The position numbers were made by a program, and so were the translations under genes. The notes under the pieces are model-generated. The model was not told where the DNA came from. It saw only the letters and a list, made by a program, of their open reading frames with translations, and did not search any database. A stretch of 63,494 nucleotides of DNA, filler included, from Octopus bimaculoides (lineage: Eukaryota), in the NCBI RefSeq assembly GCF_001194135.2. It is 7 parts of 7 records of this genome, joined end to end, with 100 filler letters (N's around TTAATTAATTAA, not from the genome) between each part and the next. Parts side by side here need not be neighbours in the genome. Positions count along the whole stretch, not along the records: positions 10,578 to 26,576 come from NC_069002.1; positions 26,677 to 32,003 come from NC_068982.1; positions 32,104 to 47,098 come from NC_068992.1; 4 more parts are not named here. One strand, 5' to 3'. Positions 23,254-36,200 of this stretch are shown here, piece after piece (position 1 is the stretch's first letter; each line of letters begins with the position of its first letter).

Positions 23254-24152
23254 CTGAAATGGAGCAGAAAAAGAACCCTTGAATTTAGAAAGGTGAGCAT
23301 GGCCAAGTTGTTAAAGAAGTTTGCTGCACAGTCTTGTAGTCTTTGGTGTGGTTCCACTGCATGGCACCTTTGGCAAGTGTCTTCTGTACAAGCCCCAAGC
23401 TGACTAATATCTTGTAAGTGGAATTTGACAGATAGATACTGTTCTGAAGCTTATGTGTGTGCGTATAAACATATTCATACATATGTATATAAATATGTGT
23501 GAATTAGTGTGAGTACATACATACATACGTACATACATATATGAAGGGCTTCTTCCAGTTTCCATTTATCAAATCTATTTGCAAGGCTTTGGTCAGCATG
23601 AGACTATAGTAGATGACACTTGTGCAAGGCACTGCGCAGTGAGACTGAACCTTAAACCATGTGACTGGGAAACAAACTACATAATCCCACAGCCACAACA
23701 CACACACACACATGCATACACACACATATAGACACCCACACATACACACACACACAAACACATATACATACTCATACACACACACATTCAAACACACACA
23801 CACTCAAATACACATGCGTGCACACTCATACACACTCACACACACATACATACACGTAGTCAGACAGACAGACCGATAGATATATAGGACATACTATCAA
23901 GGCGGTGAGCTGGCAGAAACTTTAGCACGCCGGGCGAAATGCCTAGTGGTATTTCATCTGCCGTTACATTCTGAGTTCAAAATTCCGCCAAGGTCAACTT
24001 TGCCTTTCATCCTTTCGGGGTCGATAAATTAAGTACCAGTTACATACTGCGGTGGATGTAATCGACTTAATCCCTTTGTGTGTCCTTGCTTGTCCCCTCT
24101 ATGTTTAGCCCCTTGTGAGCAATAAAGAAATGAAATATATGGACATACTCAC

Positions 24153-24267
24153 CAGAAAAGTTAACGGGCTTTGTCCAGTCTATCACACCTGGTCTTTGTA
24201 GAAAATATTTGAGGGTGCTAGCGCTCTTTGTGTGACAAATATAGCTGTACTGGAAGAAGGCTGGAAC
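24153..24267 (-). CDS. Glycine N-acyltransferase-like protein, internal exon (115 nt)
   Basis: TTGCAG|GTT CCA...TCT G|GTGAGT encodes VPAFFQYSYICHTKSASTLKYFLQRPGVIDWTKPVNFS(G), with the IDW motif of the GLYAT N-terminal domain. Confidence 0.85.
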
Positions 24268-24342
24268 CTGCAAACCATCGGATTGAAGCAACACAAACAT
24301 TTTAAAAAATAAACAAACAAAACAATCGTTGACAATTCAATA

Positions 24343-25209
24343 TTGGGTTGTCCGGAAAGTTCATGCCGATTTTTAAAGGAAAGAAAAAGGTCAATAAATA
24401 TTTGCCATTACATATTTAATCGGGTTCAGTCCCACTGCGTGGCACCTTGGGCAAGTGTCTTCCACTATAGCCTCGGGCTGACCAAAGCCTTGTGAGTGGA
24501 TTTAGCAGACGGAAACTGAAAGAAGCCTGTCGTACCATTTTGAGCATGGCCGTTGCCAGTACCGCCTTACTGGCCTTCGTGCCGGTGGCACGTAAAAGCA
24601 CCCACTACACTTTCGGAGAGGTTGGCGTTAGGAAGGGCATCCAGCTGTAGAAACTCTGCCAAATCAGATTGGAGCCTGGTGTAGCCATCTGGTTNNNNNN
24701 NNNNNNNNNNNNNNNNNNNNNNNNNNNNNNNNNNNNNNNNNNNNNNNNNNNNNNNNNNNNNNNNNNNNNNNNNNNNNNNNNNNNNNNNNNNNNNNNNNNN
24801 NNNNNNNNNNNNNNNNNNNNNNNNNNNNNNNNNNNNNNNNNNNNNNNNNNNNNNNNNNNNNNNNNNNNNNNNNNNNNNNNNNNNNNNNNNNNNNNNNNNN
24901 NNNNNNNNNNNNNNNNNNNNNNNNNNNNNNNNNNNNNNNNNNNNNNNNNNNNNNNNNNNNNNNNNNNNNNNNNNNNNNNNNNNNNNNNNNNNNNNNNNNN
25001 NNNNNNNNNNNNNNGGCTGCAGTCAAATGACTGAAACAAGTAAAAGAGTAAAAGAAAGGGAACCAAATATGAACCATTTTGTAGCACAATGCGCCTCCAT
25101 CTTTCCTTTAACTTGAAAATACTCTCTTCCCAGAATTGAGGTGGTTTCATGGCAAATAAGTCGAAAGGTAAGCTTCTATAAATCGGCATGAACTTTCCGG
25201 ACAACCCAA
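24343..25209 (-). mobile_element. Internally deleted mariner (MITE-like) with nested SINE insertion(s), in a GLYAT-like intron
   Basis: 30-bp TIRs TTGGGTTGTCCGGAAAGTTCATGCCGATTT at both ends, flanked by TA. The only coding remnant is the transposase C-terminus DLFAMKPPQFWEESIFKLKERWRRIVLQNGSYL. Confidence 0.85.
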
Positions 25210-25516
25210 TATTTTGTTTCAGATATTTTTTTTAACCTTATTTTTTTATCTTCTACTTGGTTCAGTCATTGAACTGTGGCCATGCTGGGGCACCACCTTG
25301 AAGGTTTTTAGTAGAACAAATTGGGGCCAGTTCTTATTTTTAAGTCTGGTACATAAATATGCTATTGGGTCTCTCTCTTGCTGAAAGGCTTGGTTTATGG
25401 GGATGTAAACAAACCAGCACTGGTTGTCAAGCAGTGGAAGGGAGGACAGCCACAACACAAAGATACACACACATATATACATATATATTTATACACACAC
25501 ACACACACATATATAC

Positions 25517-25554
<38 letters not shown>

Positions 25555-25849
25555 TGGGAGATAGATTAGATAGATAGTTAGGATGATAGGTAGGTAAATA
25601 GATAGATAGATAGATATAATTCAAATTTACAGAAAGTGACCAAGACATTTGGTGATATGCCATGCTTGGTGGTGGTGGTGATGATGATGATGTTGATAAT
25701 GGTGGTGGTGGTTGTTGTGGCAGCAGCAGCAGTGGTGGCAGTGTAGATGATGGTGGTGGCAGTGGTAGTGTTGATGAAGATGATGATGATGATAATAATA
25801 ATGATACCTATAAGAAAGAAAGAGAAGTGAAAAACAAAAAATTTGTTAC

Positions 25850-25963
25850 CTCTTTGCCTGTACATGGTCGTACAACAAAACATGTATATTTTGGCCAGGA
25901 ATCCACAAGACACTCAAAGTTGGTTAAGATTTCATTCAAAATGTGTCGAATTGTATAAAATAC
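25850..25963 (-). CDS. Glycine N-acyltransferase-like protein, exon (114 nt; first visible)
   Basis: AATCAG|GTA TTT...AAA GAG|GTAAC encodes VFYTIRHILNEILTNFECLVDSWPKYTCFVVRPCTGKE, with the hallmark VDSWP motif. The start-codon exon was not found before the scaffold join. Confidence 0.85.
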
Positions 25964-25970
25964 CTGATTG

Positions 25971-26002
<32 letters not shown>

Positions 26003-27908
26003 TAACAAAATTGAATTGAATTTCAAAAGAAAATTTTTTTAATCAAAAAAATTTACCTTAAAACTTAAAAGAAACAATTAAATTCATTTCTAATTACTCA
26101 TACTCTTTTACTCATTTAATTGTTTCATTCATTTGACTGCGGCCATGCTGGAGCACCGCCTTTTAGTCGNNNNNNNNNNATGATGATGATGATATATGTA
26201 TGTGTGTTTGTCCCCCCACCATCGTTTGACAATGGTGTGTTTACGTCCCCCGTAACTTAGCAGTTCAACAAAAAGAGACCGACAGAATAAGTACTAGGCT
26301 TACAAAGAATAAATCCTGGGGTCGATTTGCTCGACTGAAGGTGGTGCTCCAGCATGGCTGCAGTCAAATGACTGAAACAAGTAAAAGAGTAAAAGAAAGG
26401 GAACCAAATATGAACCATTTTGTAGCACAATGCGCCTCCATCTTTCCTTTAACTTGAAAATACTCTCTTCCCAGAATTGAGGTGGTTTCATGGCAAATAA
26501 GTCGAAAGGTAAGCTTCTATAAATCGGCATGAACTTTCCGGACAACCCAATATTTTGTTTCAGATATTTTTTTTAANNNNNNNNNNNNNNNNNNNNNNNN
26601 NNNNNNNNNNNNNNNNNNNNTTAATTAATTAANNNNNNNNNNNNNNNNNNNNNNNNNNNNNNNNNNNNNNNNNNNNCCCTTCCCCCATTTTCACACTACA
26701 TACGTCAAGATCACCAGCAGTCTACCTCCCACACACAGCCCCTCGTTCCCGATCACCGTTTGTTATCTCCCCCTTTCTTAGCTCTCCTGAAATAAGAATT
26801 TCTAACTTCCGGTCAGCCATTGTTATGATCGGCCATTATTATGATTGACCGTTGACTGAACACTATTCAATTTTTTTTCTCCGTGTTTTTCTCCCTGTCT
26901 CCGTATTCTTTCTGTTGAAGAGCGTAGCTCAAAACGTCAAAGACTTTCCGTATTCCCGAGCGTCATACTAATATATACTTTTGTTATTTACACCACCTGT
27001 CCTCGTCTATTGTTATTTTTTGTATATTCTCCCATATATATATGTATATATTCATACTCACACATACGTACATTGTATAATGTCTTTAACCCTTTCCTTT
27101 TAATACAACATTGTTTTACTGGCTCACTCATTCTGTTATCCATGTGTATAAAAATTTTCTTGTATGTGAGAAAGAAAGAACCCTAGTAACAAATATTGGA
27201 ATAAAGATTATTAGAATCAATACAGCGTCAGAGAAAATACCTCGCGTTATGAGTTCAAATCTCGCTTCGGTCAGCTATTGCTTTTCATCCTTCCTGGTTC
27301 GCTAAAATAAAGTATCTATCAAGTACTGGAATAGATTTACTTCACTTAGCACATTTCTGCAAATTTCAGGCCTTGTATCTATACTAGAAACAATTAAGTG
27401 TGGCGGATTGACAAAATCGATTGAGCATCCAACGAAATGCTTTGTGACAGTTGCTCACACTCTTTACATTCTGAGTTCAAATCCTAGTGAGATTATCCGT
27501 AGGAGTCCCATAAAATAAGGACCGATCAAATATTACAATCGATGTAAACGACTAGCCCTTACCACAAAAATATTACTGGTTTTGTGATTAAACAAGAAAC
27601 AATTATTGTTATTGTTGTTATAGGCCTTTAGTAAATTGTGGGATAATCAATTGAATTTCATTTTTATCAGGGCAACCAAACTTAAATAAACCACACGCAA
27701 ATTGTGTAGCGTTTTCCACTTTAGATGATAAAAAATGGAGGAATGTACCGTGTGACTGGTTGCACTTGAATGCATTCTTTTGTAAGCGGCCGGCGATATA
27801 CCAAATTGGTGAGTAAACACGATATTACTTAAATCTATCAATACACATACGTACGTACATACATACATACATAAAATATACATACATGCATACATACATA
27901 CACAAATA

Positions 27909-28784
27909 CGAGGGGGTATCCAAAAGTAACCAGAAACGTTATCCGTGGGACAAGCCCGCTGTTAGAAGCCACTTGATGCGACCCTCAGGCATCAGTATAC
28001 CGACTAGTGTTGTGGCAAGTCGTACTGCCACGTGGCGCGTCTTTGTTTTGTAGTGTTTTTCCCCTGTTCGTCGATTTTTGCGATGGCGAAAACGAAAGAA
28101 CAGCGTGCTTCTATGACATTCTGTTTTCTGCTGGGCAAAACGGCGGCTGAAACAGCTGTCATGCTTCAAACAGCTTATAAGGGCGCTGAGCAAAACAAGT
28201 TTACGAGTGGCTTTCGGGTTTTTGGACTGATCAATTGTCGCTTGAAGACCAACTTCATTCAGGGCGTCCGTCGACCTCCGAAACGAAAGAAAGCACCATG
28301 AAAATTCATGAACTGGTCTTGGAGGACCATCACTGAAAATTGACGAACTTATTAATATGATTAGTGTGTCCTGGAGTTCCTGCTAACGAATTTTGAACGA
28401 GGAATTGCGAATGATAACAGTTGTAGCATTATTTGTGTTTCGCTTGCTCATGGAAGATCAAAAGCAGTCACAACTGAATGCGTGTCGTGAACGGAAAGAA
28501 AAGTTGAGAGTTGATCCGTGCCTTTTTTCGAAGGTCATCACTGGTGACGAAAGGAGGAGCTACGGAATTTGCAGATGTGGAAAAGGTGAAGAAAAAACGA
28601 CGGAAGCGTTCAAGGGCATCACTTTGCAAGGATTCCAGTACTGCTTCAAAAAGTAGAAACCGCGTCTGGAGCGATGCATTGTTTCAAGTAGAAACTACTT
28701 TGAAGGCGATAAAAGTGTAAACATGTAAAACTAAGTGAATAAAATATTATTGCAAAATTCCGGTTTCTTTTGGGTACCCCCTCG
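27909..28784 (+). mobile_element. Internally deleted, decayed mariner transposon
   Basis: TA-flanked 27-bp TIRs (CGAGGGGGTATCCAAAAGTAACCAGAA versus the reverse complement CGAGGGGGTACCCAAAAGAAACCGGAA). N-terminus MAKTKEQRASMTFCFLLGKTAAETAVMLQTAYKG and C-terminus RLERCIVSSRNYFEGD. Confidence 0.85.
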
Positions 28785-30232
28785 TACACGTACATGTACA
28801 TATACATATACATACACACATACATACATTCATACATTCATACATGCATGTATACATTCATATATTCATGCATGCATACATACGTCCATTCATACATTCA
28901 TACATGCATGCATACATACTTATATTCATACATGCATAGATATATACATACATGCATACATACGTACGTACATACATAATACATACATACATACCTACAT
29001 ACATACATGCATACACAACTGCATACATAAATATATACACAAATACATGCATACATGCATGCAAACATGCTTACATACATACATACATACATAATAATTT
29101 GGCGATGAGTTAGTAACCGTCCAAAAAAAAAAAAACAAAGACAAGATGAATGAGAAAGAAAGAATAAAGAGAACAACGAAGCCGTTTAACGTATCATGCT
29201 TCCACCTATACTACACTTTCTATGCGCCTGAATCTGTTGCAGTGACGATATTTCATTGTTGCAGATGTGTAGATTACTCCAGCCACAGCCATAAGAATAT
29301 ATGGTCCTCAGTTGGGGGCGGAGGGTCTGGCAGTTAGGTGCCATGCAATCTTACTCGTTAGACACAGATGCTAGACTAGAATACTTTTGTTTTAAGTGGA
29401 GAAAAAGATTTGCGTGCATCAAACTCATTCTCTCATTATCGTAAATTATTATGCCCAGTGGCAAGATAAAACCAACAGAACTGAATCTGTATAAGAACGC
29501 AGGAGATTACCAAAAATTGTTAGAGAAATCTGACCTCAGTGTACCATCTAACTGCTTAAAACTATCGTCTGTTACGCCGGCTTACTGTCGTAGTCAAGGT
29601 TTTTAAATAATGAAATTTAGTAAATTATTGCACTAAAACATCAACATTGAACAACACTAGGTGAAACAGAATTATATTACGTTATAGAAACAAAGACCTG
29701 TTATTTCATTCTCTCATTACATTTGAAAGGAACACTTGTTTAATTGTGTAAATGTTTTGTACTTAAACTATCCTTCATTAGTCTGGAACTGCAACTAAAT
29801 AAAAGGAAATATTAAAAATACTTCTACCGAACACTGTCATAAAAACTGTCACCAAGGAATTATCTCCCTTCGACTTACGAATTGTCTCGTTGCTGCAATT
29901 GTTACTGTGACATCTCAACAGCATGTATGCAGATTTGCTACAGTCTTATTTCTTTCCACCTCTTCTTAAAATTCTATTAGGCTGAGCAACTGAATCCTAT
30001 ACCGACAATTATAAATCTGAATAGGTTTCAGCTTGCAACGTAAAAGTTCTGTTTTTTTTTTCTTGCAGAGGCGACAAATTTTAATAATGAAAATGAAATG
30101 TGTTAGATTTTTATTTAGAAGTACTTCCTTAGACATATAATTTTAACGAGAGCGTCTATGAACTTTTGATGAAGGGAAACAAATAAATAAACTAATAATA
30201 AATAGATAAACTAATAATTAACAGGTTGTTGT

Positions 30233-30600
30233 CAGTAGAAAGCAATGCGTCAACATATCGAGAGGTAAAAATGGGTTTGCATAGGGCCTTCACCACCACC
30301 TAGAAAGTTACAGAAGCACTGTTGACTATCCAAAACCAGAAAGATCTGGGAGAGGAATGCCCTCCTTCAGGGAAGCATACAATGTGTCAGGCTCTAACCT
30401 GGAATTCACAAGGGAGGCTTAAGAAAGCATGTCCTCAAATAGTTGGAGGCGGGATACTGAAGCAGATTTAAAAAAGCAGGGATCCGAGTGGAGAGAAGAA
30501 GAAACGATAGCCCAAAATCGAGAAGAGAGGAAAGACGTCGTCGAAGGTCTATACCCCATAGAATGCGAAGGGCTTAAGTAAGAAATTAAGTAAATAAGTA
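30233..30600 (+). mobile_element. 3' end of an RTE-clade LINE
   Basis: CQALTWNSQGRLKKACPQ.SWRRDTEADLKKQGSEWRE.ETIAQNR resembles the RTE C-terminus ALTWNPQGKR.RGRP..TWRR, and ends in TAAG-like repeats. Confidence 0.75.
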
Positions 30601-31169
30601 ACTCTGTTGCAAGTATATGGGCATCTGCCTGGCCCTAGGATTACTTCCTCTGTGCTCAACCACTGCTCACAGAAGCCCTGAAAAAGTTCATGTGCACTTG
30701 CCTTCTTTACCTGAATGAATCATAAAAAAAATACCCAGTGAATTGCAGTTAAATACATTTCACTTAATGTTTGAAAACACGTCTCACTTGCATTTTGCTG
30801 AGTTAGATAAGATATTAGTAGTTATCTTTTCTCACAAAGTAGGTACATAAGGTTACGAAATCTACGCTAAGAATTTGCGAGAAATAATCACCTAATTAGG
30901 TCCTATTCCGATTCATCATACTGAATTAATACATTTTGACCATTAAATGTCGATCGCAAATTCAACAAATTCTATAAACAAATGCCCTTAGTTGTTTGTC
31001 AATATACATCTTGTTGTTTGAAATTATATGAGATGCCTAGAGCATTCATATGTCCGCTTTATAAAATCCAGGGAGAATGTTGATATTCATGCTGGTAATT
31101 GTTCTGATTAAACATGTCACATGGAATTTTACATATTTTATATGTTTTATATATTTACATACATTTCAG

Positions 31170-31296
31170 AGTGTCAAGACCTAAGTGAAGAATGTTCTGA
31201 ATTTATAAAAAATTCTCAGCACTTTTGTAAAAAGAAACAGGACTTCGCTTTACAATATTGCTCTAAAAGTTGCAATTTGTGTCATTTACTACAGGG
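31170..31296 (+). CDS. Exon encoding a ShKT (ShK toxin-like) six-cysteine domain
   Basis: TTTCAG|AG TGT encodes (E)CQDLSEECSEFIKNSQHFCKKKQDFALQYCSKSCNLCHLLQ, spacing C-x6-C-x10-C-x10-C-x3-C-x2-C. Candidate donor GG|GTATGT at 31296/31297; otherwise the frame runs on to a stop at 31339. Confidence 0.75.
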
Positions 31297-31572
31297 GTAT
31301 GTATACATGAAGAACTATTACACTGTAACTTTTAGCTAATAAGCTGAAACACAAAGAACATTTCGTTTCTTAAGCAATATGTTTCTCTACCAATATATCT
31401 CACTTTGATAATAGCTGATATAAATATTGGTCGGTTGGTTGGTCGACAGAACATTAAAATTGACAAGCAATGGTAGGGGTATGGTAAGGAGGATAGAAGT
31501 TACATAGTCGATGGACGATTAATACATGACGAACGCTTACACCTGCACACTCACATACATCTCTCCATCACG

Positions 31573-31655
<83 letters not shown>

Positions 31656-32103
31656 TCTCTCACAGAAACTTCACCACAGTTGAAGTATAAGGATAAATAT
31701 GACAAGCCTTTGGCAGGAGGATGTAAAGAAGCAGTTAACACGCACGCAAACACACACACAGACACACACACACACAAAGATACAGGTGCGCATGAGTGTG
31801 TATTGCAATATATCCTTAAATCCGTTTTGAATCATTGGATTACCATTAAAGATATTGGCCTTGTGATCTAAGGATAAGCCATCTTTGTAGCTCGTATCCG
31901 TTTCTAGGCTATTTTATTTGTTATTTTTAAACTTTTACTTGTTTCAGTCATTGGACTACGGCCCTAGTACTTATTTTTTTAAAACCCGGTACTTATTCTA
32001 TTGNNNNNNNNNNNNNNNNNNNNNNNNNNNNNNNNNNNNNNNNNNNNTTAATTAATTAANNNNNNNNNNNNNNNNNNNNNNNNNNNNNNNNNNNNNNNNN
32101 NNN

Positions 32104-32137
<34 letters not shown>

Positions 32138-32636
32138 GACGGGCTTCTTTCAGTTTCCGTCTACCAAATCCACTCAAGGCTTTCGTCGGCCCGAGACTAT
32201 AGTAGAAGACACTTGCCCAAGGTGCCATATATGTGTGTGTGTGTGTGTGTATGCATAGACGAACACACATACTGGTATACTACACGCGTGCATGCATACA
32301 CGCCTATATACATATACACATACGTACACACACACACACACACACATTTACTTACGTATGTATGTATGCATGCATGCATACATATATGCATGTATGCTTG
32401 TATGTGTGCATGTATGGATGGTTATCAGTGTAACGTACACCATAATTACAACCAGTGACCTTCAGCCTGGACGTTTGCCAGCCTCCGGTGCCCTGTTTAT
32501 TGACCTTTTTTAATTCAGCCTCTGCAGTTTTTTTCTTCTTTTTTTTTATTTTCTTTTTCTTTTCTTCGGTGCCTTCTTTCTTTCTGTCTTTTTTTGAAAT
32601 CTCAATAATAGCAACCGAAAATTTCTAACACACACA

Positions 32637-32672
<36 letters not shown>

Positions 32673-35448
32673 TACACAGAAATGTATGTTAAATCTTATA
32701 TCTGTTTTCTCTGTCATTAGATTGCGATCATGCTGGGGCTGTGTCGCGAAGAAGTTTTTTTCCAGCCGATTCTATCGCTTATCTTTTGCCGAACCGTTAA
32801 GTTACGGAAACGTAAGTATTCCAACATTGGTTGTCAGTCGGTGGGGAGGGACAAACATAGACACATACACAACACTCATATACACATAATACATGCATAC
32901 ATACGTACATACATGTATGTATGTATAAGTATACGACGGGCTTCTTCCAGTTTCTGTCAATTTCGGCTTAAGCCTGAAGTAGAGGACATATGCCCAAGGT
33001 TCCACGCAGTGTGACTGAACCTAGAAGTACGTGCTTTGGGAGGCAGGCTTCTTAAACACACAACCACGGTGGTATATAGGTATATATATATATGTTCGTT
33101 CTTTTAACTTAGAAGAACGAACGAACCAACAAACAAACAAACAACAGTTGATAAAGAATGGTCGGAAGGTATTAGCAGAATCTAGCGTCAGGAATGTGAC
33201 AGACGCCTATTCAAAGTTACATTGTGAGGTAACACGATACTACAACCACCACCACGGCGACTACCACCACCACCACCACCATGACTACCACTACCACTAC
33301 TACCGCTGTCGCCACCACTACTACTACTACCACCACCACCAACACCACCAACACCACCACCACCACTACTACTGTTATCACTACCACCACTGTCGCCACC
33401 GCCACCACTATTACTACTACCCCCACTCCACCACCACCACCACTGCTACTACTATTACTATCACCACCACCACCGCTGCTACTACTACTGATACTACTAC
33501 TACTACTACTATCACCACCACCACTACAACTTCCACCACCAATATTGCTACTACTACTACTACTACTGCTTTGTAAAATAGGCGCAACGCAACACATCTC
33601 TTAGAGAAGATACAGTCAGTTCGCCCGATCGAAAGTAAGAGACTGCTTGGTACATAATTCCTGCACCCAGGAAGGATGAGATATAAGTAGGCACCTAGTA
33701 TCTCCCTGTTGGTATCTGGAAGTGAAACCGAAGATAACCCATTTTTTTATTATTAATTATGCAGCGTAATTGGTCTTGCTCACCCACCACTCTGCTTAAT
33801 TAGGAGCTTAAGGGTTGCCGATGAAAGATGTCGACTCCATTATATGATAGATATTATTTTATCGAAAGAGTATGAATGGAAGGTAATGAATACCTGGGCG
33901 AGGTTTGAACTTGGAACGTACAGGAATGTAATGAAGTAAACAGAAGCAATTACGTTAATAAATTCATTTCTTATTATTTAATTCGGAGCAAGTGCAGACG
34001 TGACTGTGTGGTAAAAAGCGTGCTGGCAGAAGCGTTAGCACCCCGGGCGAAATACTTGGCAGTGTTTCGTCTGCCGTTATGTTCTGAGTTCAAATTCCGC
34101 CGAGGTCGACTTTGCCTTTCATCCTTTCGGGGTCGATAAATTAAGTACCAGTTACGCACTGGGGTCGATGCAATCGACTTAATCCGTTTGTCTGTCCTTG
34201 TTTGTCCCCTCTATGTTTAGCCCCTCGTGGGCAATAAGGAAATAAGAAGCGTGCTTCCCAACCCCATGGCTCCAGGTTCAGTCCCACTACATGTCACCTT
34301 GGGCAAGTGCCCTCTACAATATCCACTACGTGGCACTGAATCTGCATACATGTGCTTCTTGCTACGCCTTCGCCTATCAAAATATATATATTTGGCTGTC
34401 TTTTCGTTCTGAGTTCAAATTCTGCCGAGGTCGACTTTACCTTTCATCCTTCGGAGTCGATAAATTAAGTACCTGTTGCGTGCTGGGGTCGATCTAATCG
34501 ACTGGCCCCCTCCCGCAAAATTTCGGGCATTGTGTCTAGACTAGAAAAGAATGTATATCTTCGCCTGTCTTTATGTTCTGAGTTCAAATTCTGCAAAGGT
34601 CGACTTTGCCTTTTATCTTTTCGGGAATTGATTAAAGAAGTACCAGTAAAATACCAGGGACCATGTGATCTACTAACTCCACTTCCTCGAAATTGTGTTT
34701 AACAGTATACCTCATGANNNNNNNNNNNNNNNNNNNNNNNNNNNNNNNNNNNNNNNNNNNNNNNNNNNNNNNNNNNNNNNNNNNNNNNNNNNNNNNNNNN
34801 NNNNNNNNNNNNNNNNNNNNNNNNNNNNNNNNNNNNNNNNNNNNNNNNNNNNNNNNNNNNNNNNNNNNNNNNNNNNNNNNNNNNNNNNNNNNNNNNNNNN
34901 NNNNNNNNNNNNNNNNNNNNNNNNNNNNNNNNNNNNNNNNNNNNNNNNNNNNNNNNNNNNNNNNNNNNNNNNNNNNNNNNNNNNNNNNNNNNNNNNNNNN
35001 NNNNNNNNNNNNNNNNNNNNNNNNNNNNNNNNNNNNNNNNNNNNNNNNNNNNNNNNNNNNNNNNNNNNNNNNNNNNNNNNNNNNNNNNNNNNNNNNNNNN
35101 NNNNNNNNNNNNNNNNNNNNNNNNNNNNNNNNNNNNNNNNNNNNNNNNNNNNNNNNNNNNNNNNNNNNNNNNNNNNNNNNNNNNNNNNNNNNNNNNNNNN
35201 NNNNNNNNNNNNNNNNNNNNNNNNNNNNNNNNNNNNNNNNNNNNNNNNNNNNNNNNNNNNNNNNNNNNNNNNNNNNNNNNNNNNNNNNNNNNNNNNNNNN
35301 NNNNNNNNNNNNNNNNNNNNNNNNNNNNNNNNNNNNNNNNNNNNNNNNNNNNNNNNNNNNNNNNNNNNNNNNNNNNNNNNNNNNNNNNNNNNNNNNNNNN
35401 NNNNNNNNNNNNNNNNNNNNNNNNNNNNNNNNNNNNNNNNNNNNNNAT

Positions 35449-36200
35449 CCTCCACTTCTATCTGGTAGGGAATTCTTTCTATGTCCTCGAATGTGGCAAA
35501 AAGCCACATTTCGAGTCCAAATCCCCACCATTTGCACACTTTTGATTTCGCCATTGGTCCCAATTCCGGCTCCTCCTTGGTTGCAGCCAGCACTGTTGCA
35601 ACCAACCACTCTGGTTTAATTTCTGGTGTAACTCTGGGAATACGTGTTTTCACACTTCTTCCTCTATAACTTGGTAGTAATGCTATTTTTTCACTTCTTA
35701 AAATGTTGGTTGTATGCTTGGTTGCCTCTTCTATAGTGGCGAACCTCACCTCAACCGTACCGAACTTTCTTCATCTGTTGATGTACGTGGCTTCATTGAC
35801 AATTTCATCCAGGCATTCCTCGATTTCCTCTTCCGTCACCATTTCAATTTTACAGGTTTCGACAGCCTGTGTACGATACGCAACTGTCCTCAGAATTTTT
35901 TCTTCTTTAGTCTCTTTTGGGAGACACAATTTGTATGAGTCTCCCTCAACTTCTATCAAATTCCTGCTTCTGGTCACCTACTCCATATCCAACTTGATTA
36001 ACTTGGTTTCCAGCGGCACTGGCTTCCTCACCGCAGTGGCCTTGGCGTTGCTCTCCATACTGGAGACACTACTATTTGTCATAGCTGGGGGAAAAATGCA
36101 GCAGCTCACGTGAAACATAACCGTAATAATTCCACAAAAATCACAATTATTCACCGAAACAGTTTTCACAAAGTAACACAACAGTATTCCCAATAATTCA
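35449..36200 (-). mobile_element. 5' UTR and ORF1 of an L1/Tx1-like LINE (two in-frame stops; cut by a gap)
   Basis: ORFs 35978-36193, 35771-35977 and 35749-gap share one frame (ATG at 36082). RTVAYRTQAVET..EEEIEECLDEIVN and IPRVTPEIKPEWLVATVL align with KTIIYKTYNTET..ERCIEKCLGAIMN and IKNIPPEVEVGWIVATLL of ORF1 at 49490-50264. Confidence 0.75.

Noticed and set aside
26356-26576. Exact second copy of 25015-25235 (mariner end plus unique flank)
   Set aside because: It includes flanking DNA beyond the TIR, is essentially identical, and sits between gaps next to a scaffold join, so it is most likely a redundant contig.
30600-30712. Minus-strand frame VKKASAHELFQGFCEQWLSTEEVILGPGRCPYTCNR with a ShK-like CPYTC ending
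   Set aside because: Only three cysteines, on the opposite strand to the real ShKT exon, a weak donor, and it abuts an RTE tail.
33031-33604. Poly-His/Thr/Met/Val/Tyr and (CV)n/(YI)n/(HT)n ORFs across the window
   Set aside because: These are translations of tri- and dinucleotide microsatellites, open in several frames and on both strands, with no splice or domain context.
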